Assembly (NCBI GenBank): GCA_010093995.1
Contig: ML992513.1
Coordinates: forward strand, 62,001-126,000
DNA length: 64,000 bases
DNA from: Elsinoe ampelina
Lineage: Eukaryota
Direction of reading: 5' to 3'
The position numbers and the translations under genes were made by a program. The notes under the pieces were generated by a model that had not been told where the DNA came from, made no database searches, and saw only the letters and a program-made list of their open reading frames with translations. Positions 51,001 through 61,218 of the stretch are shown piece by piece (positions within the stretch are counted from its first letter, which is position 1; each line of letters starts with the position of its first letter).

Positions 51001-52497
51001 TCTCAGAGCATCAGAAGACATGTAAAATGCCTCAGCATGTTGATAGCATTGCCAGATCTTGCGGTGCTGGGTCTTTTCGTGTTCCAGCCATTGCTTCGAT
51101 GAGGCGAAACAATGCGTCTCGTGTTTACAATCCTCATAGGTACAGATATATGGTTGGATATCTTGAACGACGTGCAGCTTCCAGGCCGTTCCTGTCCCAT
51201 CGCGGCGAGGGCAGGTTATGTTGCAGTAGGCGCATAGAAACTCTGACGCACGCTTCACAGGAGATGGCGGTAAGTCGTCATCTTCCGGGGACATCAAGAA
51301 GGTCGATGAAGAAAAGGAGATGACAGAGTCCGTGTCAATCAGTTCATCTAGGTTTCCAGCCGCAGTGGTCGCCTTGGTCCCCGAGATATGTGAACCCCCA
51401 AGGGTCCCGATGGGCTCCACAGGAAGCTTTTCGACTGCCACCGAGCGATTTCTCATCGAGTGTACCGGAGCATTTTCTTGTCGGGACGGCTCTAATCTAT
51501 TCGTCGGATCCGCTAAGGTCTTACCACGAGGAAGCTCTGCAAGCTTTCTTGCATGTCTTCGTCGATATGAGAGCATTCTCCGCCTTTGGTCCATGGTTCT
51601 AATCAATCGAGAGATCAGAAAATCGTCTGCGCTAGTGATACTAGCTGTTGTGCCAACGGCAGCTTTGCTCGCTGACTTTGCCTCTTTCCGCATCTGGATC
51701 AAGGCATCGATCACGTAGCCTCTGTCGAAAGCGGTGTATGAGGCTAGCTTGTCAAGGTTCAATGCAGAGTCCATGTCCTTATACTGCTTGGCTTTGGTGG
51801 ACATGTGGGCTCGGCCGCCACTTCGTCGGATCTTGAAGGAGAGGCGGTACAGATCACCAAGAATGTCTCTGATCGTCTTCATATGCATTTCGAGTTCTCC
51901 AATCGATTCCTCTGCCTGCGACTCCTCCTCCGACGTCGATGTATCGTCCATGTAATCTGTTGACCTGAACGCCTTTTCTAGTGGGTCTCGAATACCAGAG
52001 AGAATCTCTACACAGCTGGCGAGTGCCCGATAGAGATCACCCAGGCTTCGGAGGATCGCAGCTCTTGTCCCAGGTGCTTCTGAAAGCCTGGCATCGAGAG
52101 AGCTCGGACCCGCTTGTAACGCTCCCAAGTTGCCAGACCAGAGTCTGAACCTGCCTCTCTCCCACTCTAGCTGCTCAAAGGGGGCGGAATTGTCCTCCGA
52201 CATCTCGCTAGAGACCTGCAGTGCCGTAATCTGTGCGAAGGCACCATCACAGCTCATACCAGCATTGGCTATCGGCCATTCGACCGTGGCCTTGGCCTTC
52301 GACGGAGCGTCAATAGGAATAGTCCGGACGGAAGCTTCGACTGCCTGCTGAATCGGATCCAAAACCGCTGATACTGGAGACTCGGATTTCACTTGTCTCA
52401 GTGTTTGCCGCTTCGTGACTCGAGGATCACGAGAAGCGGGATCACCCTCGGCTTGCATCAGATAGTTCATTATGAGATTCTTACGCACTTTGCGCAT
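48013..52497 (-). CDS. NLR-like multidomain protein: helical N-terminus + AcuF-like C2H2 zinc fingers + PNP_UDP phosphorylase-like + NACHT
   Basis: 1494-aa ORF. RFRLWSGNLGA; FLCAYC, DIQPYICTYEDC..WLEHE; AWICA..ARAMLDE, GIAGALP..DVRLGDVVI, RGISDYADSHK..WQPYA; TCQWVL...LLWITARSGVGKS, HFFF, ICILDGL, GTFMW. Confidence 0.85.
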   Translation of the reverse strand: MRKVRKNLIMNYLMQAEGDPASRDPRVTKRQTLRQVKSESPVSAVLDPIQQAVEASVRTIPIDAPSKAKATVEWPIANAGMSCDGAFAQITALQVSSEMSEDNSAPFEQLEWERGRFRLWSGNLGALQAGPSSLDARLSEAPGTRAAILRSLGDLYRALASCVEILSGIRDPLEKAFRSTDYMDDTSTSEEESQAEESIGELEMHMKTIRDILGDLYRLSFKIRRSGGRAHMSTKAKQYKDMDSALNLDKLASYTAFDRGYVIDALIQMRKEAKSASKAAVGTTASITSADDFLISRLIRTMDQRRRMLSYRRRHARKLAELPRGKTLADPTNRLEPSRQENAPVHSMRNRSVAVEKLPVEPIGTLGGSHISGTKATTAAGNLDELIDTDSVISFSSSTFLMSPEDDDLPPSPVKRASEFLCAYCNITCPRRDGTGTAWKLHVVQDIQPYICTYEDCKHETHCFASSKQWLEHEKTQHRKIWQCYQHAEAFYMSSDALRRHLESSHQSDMTHLQLEQLLTGTSSFTVDTRSTCLFCNAVGPFVEGLEKHMAAHMIRFAQFSIPRVITISEDNEVGAEEQTSVAAQGLYSDASAIVEGYKAKMDTIKFAWICATENDYVVARAMLDEYDLQYNGELPAGGDLSLGRIGEQDIVIAQCPPGKSTGAVARDIVNLFPNIESAISAGIAGALPTPAMDVRLGDVVIACSSTTSTGLVEWQRGKDPTTIGKDYKLLPPSTLAALYTMRRKTEGHQAIFDRILQQALDSAEETLISSSERPDPRTDKLIHPSFRHPEHSPSCETCASAAEVPRSARTEILPHAHHDGFVASGNYVITSSDVRDGLQKATGAVCADDYSSLDIMRYLPCVVVRGISDYADSHKTKLWQPYAGLAAAAYVKELILSIDVSDAVSQEEAADFVTPHLSPVIDASEPAAQASSVSAASSASDNGIVSTSDDDVGQDLFFGRGTTRNTGDPPKLSLLAPQHDESIRCLWWFKNSPYEEFKDVHRHRHPSTCQWVLENDKFRSWLHGSSSSLLWITARSGVGKSVFARSLVDQDLIGKMPRGTTVCHFFFADAVLQNHFATALCAVLHKLYDGQLDLIEHALPHWRARKDELMHNTDILWKILLDSCADPRARPVICILDGLQACRDPDTSQLCSYLTKLNDQSPWCKGSLKILVTSHSFPTNLSQMQASSRPISTISDKDDTGTVGIEADLSAVTKEEIVKHGADMGLSNNAMLRIGQQLMSKSDGTFMWHNLALEWLRRNLVSRMVDEEVLVVLSRLPKSIPSFYTETLAIIPPPKTHIFRPIFMLVSGACQTLTAFELFGALRLFPDDHVRDEVGLLGANFGLIDMIKNDSGGLLIVSESGIRLSSPMVRDCLLGETNHTSIKFDAQDVVDMMAFLCLRCLLVFQPEGPAKFNYFVSYATPYAAHHIAKIPAISQLDVSALTTLIGDRSGNGGLKRRAELIRLEQERIATSLKATDFHPGSWELEVTDLDEIK

Positions 52498-52981
52498 CGA
52501 AGTGCCATCCTTGAAATCGCCGAAGGATGTCGCAGTGGCGAAACGATACTGTTGAGTGTTTCACGGCGTCGTGACTGAATTCTCGCCGTCCTCGCTGTCA
52601 GTAATCGTCAACAACCACGATGAATGCTTTGTACCAATGGTACATCGCGGCGCAGCCGTATCATGGAGACAGCATTGGGGATCACAAACAGGAAAAAGGC
52701 AAGAGTGCTGGCGACGTGCCAGATTGTGATTGGTTGATCTCCCAGCTGAAGGAGGGGCATCCTGAGGCCCACCACGAAATCGCACTCATCGCTTCTGCTC
52801 GGCACCTTCTAAGGATTCGAGCCCTTGGAATTGTACCGAGCAATGGGGAGGAGGTCATTGACCTGTCTCTGAACAGAGACGTCACAGAGATTGCTGTGAA
52901 GGTAGGCCCCGGAACTGGGTCGCAGCACTCGCCAGCCAGCCGCTTGTCGCCTGAGTTGACTACTCAAGGCATCATCTTATC

Positions 52982-54449
52982 ATGTCTGGAATTGAAGTGG
53001 CCGGCCTCGTCCTTGCGGCCATACCGTTATTGATTCCGGCATTGGAGCATTACGACGAGGTAGTAGACTCAACCACTGCGTTCTTTAGGTTTCAGGGAGA
53101 GCTTGGACGAATTATCAGAAGGCTCAGGAACTTGCTCGACTCCTTCGAGCAGTCTCTAGAAGTCCTATTGAGACCGATTACAGAGGCATCAGAGCGCCAG
53201 GACATGCTAGATAACACGCAAAGTCAATTGTGGCAAGATGCGGAGATAGCCCAGTCACTCAAGGACCATCTTGAAGGACGCTACGCACCATACATGCTAA
53301 CCATTCGGGACATTGAGAGGATTGTTTCTTTGATCGCAACAAAGTTGGAATTCTGCTCCGCCCATACATCTCATTCAGCCGGGTTGTTGCTTGAGCAGAA
53401 GTTCACCAAGAAGGTTAAGAGAGGAGATCCAGGGTGGCAGGCAATGGCCGCAAAACCTCAGACTTGTGATGTGAGCTGTTTCGGGCTCTCGGTCTCACAG
53501 ACACCCGGTCCGTCTCTGAACAAGTGGTTGGACCTCGAAATCCGACTTGCTGAGGCTGCTAGTCCCATCCCACCAGCAAAGTAAGTACATTTGATAGTTC
53601 CACATGCAGCCATGCGCTGATACTTGCAGTACCATGGTCCAATTCAGCATCTCGCCACCGCAGCCAATTCCATCGACGATAGTAGCGCCATATCACGATC
53701 CTGCAAAACTGCAAGTCATAACAGATATTTGCTCCGAGCTCCAGACAAGCTGCCACACCTGCGTAGGCTTCTGCATCGATGATCATGGCCGTCTCCGTGG
53801 CGGCTACGACGCACAACGACAGATCACCTACGTGAACGAAGAGGTCACTCTGCAGCAGATCCTCGCAAAGCAGCTGGGAAGCCTTCGACAACTCGAACGA
53901 TACCATCTAGCCATCTCTCTTACCGTGGCGCTTCTCCAACTAAGCCACACATCATGGCTCAAGCGGAGCTGGGACAAAGCGAGCATCGTCTTCCTACGAG
54001 CGAAGCAGAACCGACCAAGGTTCGGGCTTGTTGCCGATGTGGCTCACCCGTATCTCGTCCGCGAGCACGAAATACAGACTACGAGAGCCACCACACCCAG
54101 TAGAGAGATAACCGACTCATCCAAAATCGCTGCTCTGGGGATCATGCTTCTCGAAGTCTGCGAAGGCGTTCCCATCGAGGACTTCGTCGAGCCCGCTGAC
54201 CTTGGCCCGAATGGCCAACCGAACGAGATGTCGTACATGGTCGCCGCCAGACGATACCTATCACAAGATCCGACAGATGGCATCTCCCAGTATGCGTTCG
54301 GTCGAGCGATCGAGTACTGTCTGAAGTGCTTCTGGGAACCGAGAGCCAGCCTTGCAGATCCAGCTTTCGCGAAGAGCGTGGAAGAGAATGTCCTGGTGCC
54401 GCTCGAGCAGGAAATGAACACTATCAAGTACGGGCCGGCCACCCACTGA
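52982..54449 (+). CDS. Helical N-terminal domain + DUF7580-like C-terminal domain protein, 2 exons (intron starts 53581)
   Basis: MSGIEVAGLVLAAIPLLI.ALEHY start. C-terminal RYHLAISLTVALLQL.HTSWL..SW....IVFL, HPYL, LGIMLLEVC.G.PIE, AIEYCL. GTAAGT donor at 53581 and TGCAG acceptor near 53629. Confidence 0.8.
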
Positions 54450-54570
54450 TGCACACGAGCGAGCCCTGTGATACTTCTAGACCGGACGGATAGGACTTCC
54501 TGGTCGTGTGTGGTGAGGATTTGGAAGATTTCGAGACCTCGCGCTTCGAAAGTGGACTTTGCACGACAGC

Positions 54571-57500
54571 CTAGTCCAGGTCCTCCTCCGGCAACAGGCT
54601 TTTCTCGACCATCTCCTTGTACCACGGCGCAACCGGGAATTCTTCCTCAGACAGCCCCTCAATGCCATCGATCCTGCGTACTCCAGGGACAAGCAGTGTA
54701 TCTGGATCCAAATTCCTGTCGTTCCGCCACTCCCATTGCAAGCCTTCATACTCAAAGTGGGTGACGAAGCCGGCCTCGTGCGATGGGCCTTGGATAGGAT
54801 CGCCAGCCCATTTGATCTCGTGAGCGATGATCTTCGCTTTGATCTCGTTGGCCTGGTCCTGGCAGACTTTCCAGACGTGATCCAGCATTGTTTTTACTCG
54901 GGACGCCTCTTCGTGCGCCGGCTGGTAGGGACACCACGGTTGTTCTGTCAGGTTCGCGAATGCGTCGAGCGGTCCCTCGATGAGGTGGTGCGTGTCGGAG
55001 AGAATGAGTTCGCCAAGGTTCAGCGGGGCGTCGAACATGTAGTACTCGAAACCCAGAGGATGTACATCGATTCTTGGATCCATTTCCCACACGTATGTCG
55101 CGATTTGTGTCCACGCTCTGTTATGAGATGCTCGCCGGCAGAACGTAGCGGAGAGGTTGCAGGCGAAACGAAGGTGTCCGGTGCGGAAAGGTTCAGTTTG
55201 CGGTTGCATATCCACGGTGAAGCCGGTGCCCGAGATAGCTGCGCCATGTGCAACGAACAATTTGAAGAGGTCGAGCATGTCGAGCATTTGCGTGCTTCCC
55301 TCCACCAGATCGAGTTCGTGTCGTCCATCTCGGGACGAGAAGATTGTGGTGTTGACGACGAACGTTTTCCAGAGGCTGTCATGATCCCAGTAGCTATCGT
55401 AATGGTACTGTCTGTGGCCATACATGTCTTCTAGTGTATGTACTACGTGACCACGAGGAAGATCTATGAGAGCACCTGCTTGCATCAATTTGGACAATGA
55501 TTCAACTAATAGCCCGGGAAAGTGTCGACGATTGGTCGAGATCTGCTGTAGCTCGTTGTCAAGGGGTTCCCATCCAAGGCAACAAAACGCCTGATACGTG
55601 AGCTCTTCTATTGATGCCGTGGTCACAGCTTGTTGGCTCACGTGATCAAGGAGGATACCACATGCCGCGCCTGTCGAGTCGAGGGCAATGTCCCGCGGCA
55701 AGTGACATTTCTGGTAGAAGTAACGGTTCGCCAAGAGCTTCTGAACCCGATCTGGATCTTGCAAGATCTGCCATCCATCATCAAAGTGGCAGGTTATAAA
55801 TCCCATGTGACGCATGGATTGTGGCCATGACTGTAGCTTCAAGTCCAAGCCAAGACGTTGGTTCCATCGCTGCATGAGATGATGTGAAGACTGTGCGATA
55901 TCATTCCATGTAGTCTCAAGTCGTCGTTGAGGATCCTCGGTGATGCCACTCATGAATAATAGAGCATATACCTGACGATACCCCGCTACTGCACCCATGA
56001 TCCTGCAGTCGTCATCCGCAATTCGTACAAGATGCACTTGAGCCTCTGCTAGCAGGAACCTAGCATCGAGAGAACTGAACTTGCAACCAGATGATGAGAA
56101 GTAGCCTCTAAGAAAGTCGTGGGCGGTACGATGCACAAATGTCAGCTCCTCGGTCAAGCTGTGACGTCCAGTGGTGACTTCCACGAAATTACCGCATCTA
56201 CCAGTAGCGAATGATCGTACGGCATTCGTGTGTTCGATAACTTGTGCCGAAGTAAGGAGGGTGGGGCTTGGTCCCCTTAAGTCTGGGCAAATCAGGTCCA
56301 TCGCCGCGAGTTGGATCAGGTTCAGATCACCTGTGGTTTGGTCGGCTGACAGCATGAGTTGGAAATATATGAGAGCTTGCGCCTCATTGCGTGGACCAAG
56401 TCGAGAGAGCATGATGGCAAACATGGCATCGAGATCAGAGGGAAGCTCCTGAAGGAGTTTGTGGATATCTTTTACAGGCTCGCGGTACTCGATAGCCTCA
56501 AGAACGGCATTCGTGGCAACCTTCACCCAAAGAAAGACGCCCTGTGATTGTGAGACACCGGCTTCCACTAAGCGGCGATAATCCTTTCTAGTGATATAAT
56601 CATCGGCTGGTAGTACCTTGCCAAGGCGCTCTTCCAAGTAGGCTCGGATATCATCTTTGGTAAGATCTTGGACACGCATCTTCTTTGACGATTCGAAGTA
56701 GCGCTCAAGTGGTTGCAGAGTTCGACCACTTGCAAGCACTTTCGTCTGTTGCATTGCCGACAATTGATCAACGAGCTCAACGATCGCACGCATATCGTCT
56801 ACGGCTTCGTCTAGACCGTCCAGTATAATGAGCCAGGCTTTCCCAGAGGCCTCCACACTTGATATCAATGCATCCCGAAGCAGTCTCGGTGTCCAATCCT
56901 CAGATCCTCCGACAACTCCTGCAAGATCGCCACAGTCATCGTAGTGTTTGATCACTTGGAACAGTAGAGAGCGGAGTATGCCCTCGACAGACTTTTCCTT
57001 GATCGTAGCGCCGGCAAGCCATAGGTAATGCGATACAATATGCACATCAGAGGCGGGAAATGCGGTCTTGAGCCCGGCCTTGAGATCCGAGTGGCGCTCG
57101 ATATACTGTACGAGCGTGCTTTTGCCAGCTCCGGGTTTACCAGATATCCAGTATGGTGTTCGATCTTCGGCATCGGCGAGCCAAGAAGGAAAGGGGTCCC
57201 ATGAATGATCTACACTACTGTCGAACACCCAGCGGAAGGTCGCCTCGTGCGCTTTGCTGATCATATCTCGTCTGTATAAATTCTAGGAAAGCGAAGACTC
57301 ATGAGAAGGTGGGCTTTGGCTTCAGCCCGGGCTCGCAGCAATTGCTGTGCTTTGCTCTTGGCCTCTAAGGTCTCTTGCTGGTGCAACAGCTGACGGAAGG
57401 GGTGCAACATCTCATCCACCTGTCTCTTAGATGCATCTGGGGCTATCCCAGAAGTATCGAGGCGATTGCTGGGTAGGCAATGAGTATTGGTCTTTCATAA

Positions 57501-57951
57501 TTATTACAACGTACCTGATGCGAACATTGAGCTGAGTGTTGAGGTGGATCTCCTGTCGCTCTAGTGTCTTGGAAAGCTCGGAGATCTTGTCCTTTCCGCG
57601 AGCGACGTATTTGGTCCCCTTAAAGAGACTCTTGATTGTTCTTGTCGTGGAAGACTGGTCCTGCGCAACTTCATACTTGGATGCTTCCATTTGCAGGAGC
57701 CTCGCTTGCTCCTGAATAGCTCTGCATTGCTGCAGAAGGATTTCATCGTCCTTTGAGAGTGGTTCATCATTTGCAGTATCTAGACCATCCTCCAGGACCT
57801 TGATCGTGGTTTGCAGATCTTTTGTGCCTGCAACAAGATCCTTGCCTGCAGCAGTGCCTCGATAGATCTCGTGACAAGTTTCGACCACCGATTTGCTCAC
57901 CTTCATCAATTGTAGGATGTTGCATACCAACGACAAGCCCGCGGTCTCCAT
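54571..57951 (-). CDS. NACHT (NLR-like) protein with N-terminal helical SesA/HeLo-like domain; probable frameshift near 57280
   Basis: Exon 1 METAGLSLVCNILQL..VVETCHEIY (57951-57515). NACHT: AHEATFRWVF, YWISGKPGAGKSTL, LIILDGLDE, MRVQDLT.DDI..Y, GVFLWV, LPSDL..MF..ML, TFVHRTAHDFL. Confidence 0.85.
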
Positions 57952-59077
57952 AATTAGATGCCGTGCCGCAGAATTTGAGTGCTGATTGACACATAGGGAT
58001 GGGATGGGTTTGCCATCTCTCAGCTGAGTGCCAGCCCACCAGCCGACTCTTTCAAGACGCTAGTCAGCACTAGCCACTTGTCAATACTTAGCTGTGTTAC
58101 AATCGACCAAAGCATGGCCTATGTTCGTGGACAACCACTTCGATATCGACTTTGCCGTACTGATCAACTTGTACCCTACCAAATAGCATCGAGAGATGGA
58201 CCTGAGCGGAGGAGGTCCACCGGAAATGTCCAAAGAACGACGTCATTGAAATATTTTGGTTCGGAAAGAGCTTTGACCGAATGTTGAGACAATTGGGGTT
58301 GCGGCTCACCACCGTTCCTGCATCGTTGTCAATACCTCATCTTCCCTCCCCGAATCTGCCTAATATCGAGGGCGGATACAAGATTGCTGATGGCATCCGT
58401 CAAGGATGAGTAAGGAATGCAGCAGCAAAACTCGGCCCGGAGAAGCTCACGAGATGACCCGGTGCATCGCTAACACAACAACTTGCCGCACGTACCGGAC
58501 TGTAACATTCGCATCAAACGGCCTCAAAGCATGAATGTTTGTACCATCAGTGCCATTTACCCCTTGCTCAGGCCAATCATGATGGACCAATCTGGTCTTA
58601 CACGATCGGTATTCTCCATCCAACCACAGACGATTGTATTACGTATGGTTGTCATGTCTCACTTCTCTGGCGGATAGAGCTCATTCCGGGGAAGCAGAAC
58701 GGCGCCTCCTACCAAGTCGAGACACTCGATCTACAGTCGGTACTGAACAGAGCCGGAGAGACTAGATCGAAATAGGCCGCTCTCCTTACTAAAGTCATGC
58801 CCCGAATCAAAGGGATTTGCATTCCTGAGCCGGTTGTTGCAGTCCGCGACCATCGTACGACTAACACCTCATCTCCCATTGGTGGCATCGACAACATGGG
58901 GTTGTTTGCCGTGAATGTAATGTCTCAACGCCAACGTGGTGACGATCGAGGGGGCTTGATACCCATGTCATGAGGGCAGTACATGAAGGTAAAGAGATCC
59001 GGTCAGCATTCGTGCATTCTTCGCCCCTCACCTGTCCTGATACTCAATCAAACACATACACTCTTTACACATCCACC

Positions 59078-60022
59078 ATGCATCGCTCTTCGATCCCCAT
59101 CTTGGCTCTTGCAGCCATGGGCTCTGCCCAGAGACCTACCAACACTTCCATCTGCGACTACTACACAGCCGCTCTTTTCGGCGAGAATACTGGCGCCAAC
59201 CAGTACGCGCTCGTCAGCGCTGTCGTGAATCGGGCTGGCACTGGTAACCAGACCTCTACTCCCAAAGTCAACGGTATCGCCACCCCAGGCACCTTCAATG
59301 GACAGGAGATCAACCTCGGTGTTTACTTCACCGGCGCATTGAACAGCACCAACCGTGGAGGCTCGTCCGGTGTGTCAGTCAACTTCCTCGACGGTGGTGG
59401 CCCCGAGGCTCTCCTCATGGGCAAGGCCGCCAACAGCGAGCAGTCCAACCAGTTCACCCTCTTCACTCACCTTTACTCCTACTTCGGATCGCTCTTGATG
59501 TGCTCCCAGTACGGGATGGAGGGTTACGAGGCCTACAACGGCGCCGGCTCCCAGTACGAGGTCCACAAGTTCATGGACCTCGACGAAAACGAGGTCGGAT
59601 ATTTCAACCAGCAGGTCGGTCTCTCGGCGGCTTCTTTCGGCGTGACTGAGGAGGATGTTACTGCTGTCGGAACAGCCCTCAACTCTGTCTTTAACGTCAG
59701 GTGTGCACCACCTACCGCTGTTGTCCCTGCTCAGGGCGCTCAGCTTCAGTCCATTTGCATTGCCGAGAGCTGCCCGCTTTCGCCCAATGCCACCTGCGAC
59801 TCCTACATGGCACAGCCAAAGCCAGTTAACGCCACCATGGCCAACTCAAACGGCACCATGACTAACGGAACGTCGACTGGAGGCTCCATGACCGGCGGAT
59901 CCGCCACCTCGAGCGGTATGTCCAGCACCAGCAGTCGTCCTGCCCAGCAGACCACCAACGCTGGCTCCAACCTTGCCGTCGGTGGTGTCCTGGGTGCCAT
60001 TGCCCTCGCATTGGCTTTGTAG
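59078..60022 (+). CDS. Conserved fungal secreted/GPI-anchored protein with Ser/Thr-rich tail
   Basis: ATG in CACCATG context at 59078, signal peptide, SICDYYT..VNFLDGGG..THLYSYFG.LLMCS..VHKFM core, S/T/G-rich linker, hydrophobic C-terminus (TTNAGSNLAVGGVLGAIALALAL), strong codon bias. Confidence 0.9.
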   Translation: MHRSSIPILALAAMGSAQRPTNTSICDYYTAALFGENTGANQYALVSAVVNRAGTGNQTSTPKVNGIATPGTFNGQEINLGVYFTGALNSTNRGGSSGVSVNFLDGGGPEALLMGKAANSEQSNQFTLFTHLYSYFGSLLMCSQYGMEGYEAYNGAGSQYEVHKFMDLDENEVGYFNQQVGLSAASFGVTEEDVTAVGTALNSVFNVRCAPPTAVVPAQGAQLQSICIAESCPLSPNATCDSYMAQPKPVNATMANSNGTMTNGTSTGGSMTGGSATSSGMSSTSSRPAQQTTNAGSNLAVGGVLGAIALALAL

Positions 60023-61218
60023 ATGATGGAGAAGTAGTGGAAGCAAGTCTGTATACGTAATGACAATCGAAAGTCGTCACTTGAATTTTTGGAAATTTTC
60101 ATCACGTGATCTATGCAAAATTGAAGAGCCTCAGCCTCATGTCGAAATGAGGCACATCAAGGCAAATTGGTATAGCGCGCATCTTGGACATGACTCGTGT
60201 AGAAAAGTGTTGCTGGCATGTGATGGGACAGAAGCTACAACAGGCTCAGGATTGCGACACCCACAATTCCACGTTTGGCCTATTTTTTTTTCGGGCCAGC
60301 TGATTCTTAATCTGACGTATCATTTCAGCTATCGATCGCCACGTATCATCTTTTGAGCGTAAGATTGCGACTGCCTCAGCATTCCGCGTCGACGAGCTTG
60401 CGAAAACACCATCGACCAGTCTCCCCAGCTACTCTCTACAGAAGTTCAGAGCCCCTGAAATGAGGCTGAATCCTTGTGGAGGGCGCAAATGGCGTATTCT
60501 GGAAGGAGACGACACGCATCATCAGGCATGCGTAGATCTGCACCATTCTGCGGCACGACTGGGTATGCAGCCAATCAGACGCCAATCAGCCCCGTCGCCC
60601 GCTGCAGCTATCAGGGATGAGATGTGTCCAAACAGGAAAGGCGCCAGAGAGTCCGTTTGATCGCCCCCGAGACACAGCTCATGCCAGCTCAAGCCCGGCT
60701 TCCACGTCTCTTCCTCCCTCCCAAATCCCCCCCTTCCTCTCCCCCAAATCTTGCATCTCGCCCCAAAAAAGTGTCGCGCGTTTGTCGGATCCGGTACCGC
60801 GACGACGACTTGCTTTTTGCTTCCACCTCTCAATCACCACTCCCTCGTACCTCGCATATCCTTTTGGTTTACCCCTTGTTCGCGTTCAGCGTCTACCTCG
60901 TCAGTCTCTTTTGTCTTTCTTCTTTCGACCTCCAAACGAAACACAGAGTTGATCTCCGTGTTTTGCGACTGCCCAAGGTCATAGCGGCCTGACCACAACC
61001 AACGACCACCTCCTTGCCTTATTCTATCGGCCCTTCCCTCTCTGTAACACTATCTCTATTCCACCTCCTTCCACGACCTTGACGACACCTTCTATACGAT
61101 TTGTAATCCATTCTTCACTACCTGTACCACCACTTTTGCGCCGTCCGATACTTCCGGCGCAACTGTATCACTAAATTAATCGTCTGCCTGCTGCAGATGA
61201 CTGGATCTACATCCCGCT

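Noticed and set aside
52561..53033. Extra gene or upstream extension between the divergent NLR-like and DUF7580-like genes
   Set aside because: Short ORFs on both strands without a recognisable family; cannot be resolved without transcripts.
54559..55434. 291-aa plus-strand ORF, and similar antisense ORFs over GH5 (3405-4373) and the NLR genes
   Set aside because: Shadow ORFs opposite well-supported genes, with no motifs of their own.
15632..58000. Starship element (giant cargo element; NLR, PNP and DUF-type genes nearby)
   Set aside because: No DUF3435 tyrosine-recombinase captain is recognisable at either end. The giant element has TIRs and a Plavaka transposase, and the NLR island shows no boundaries I can define.
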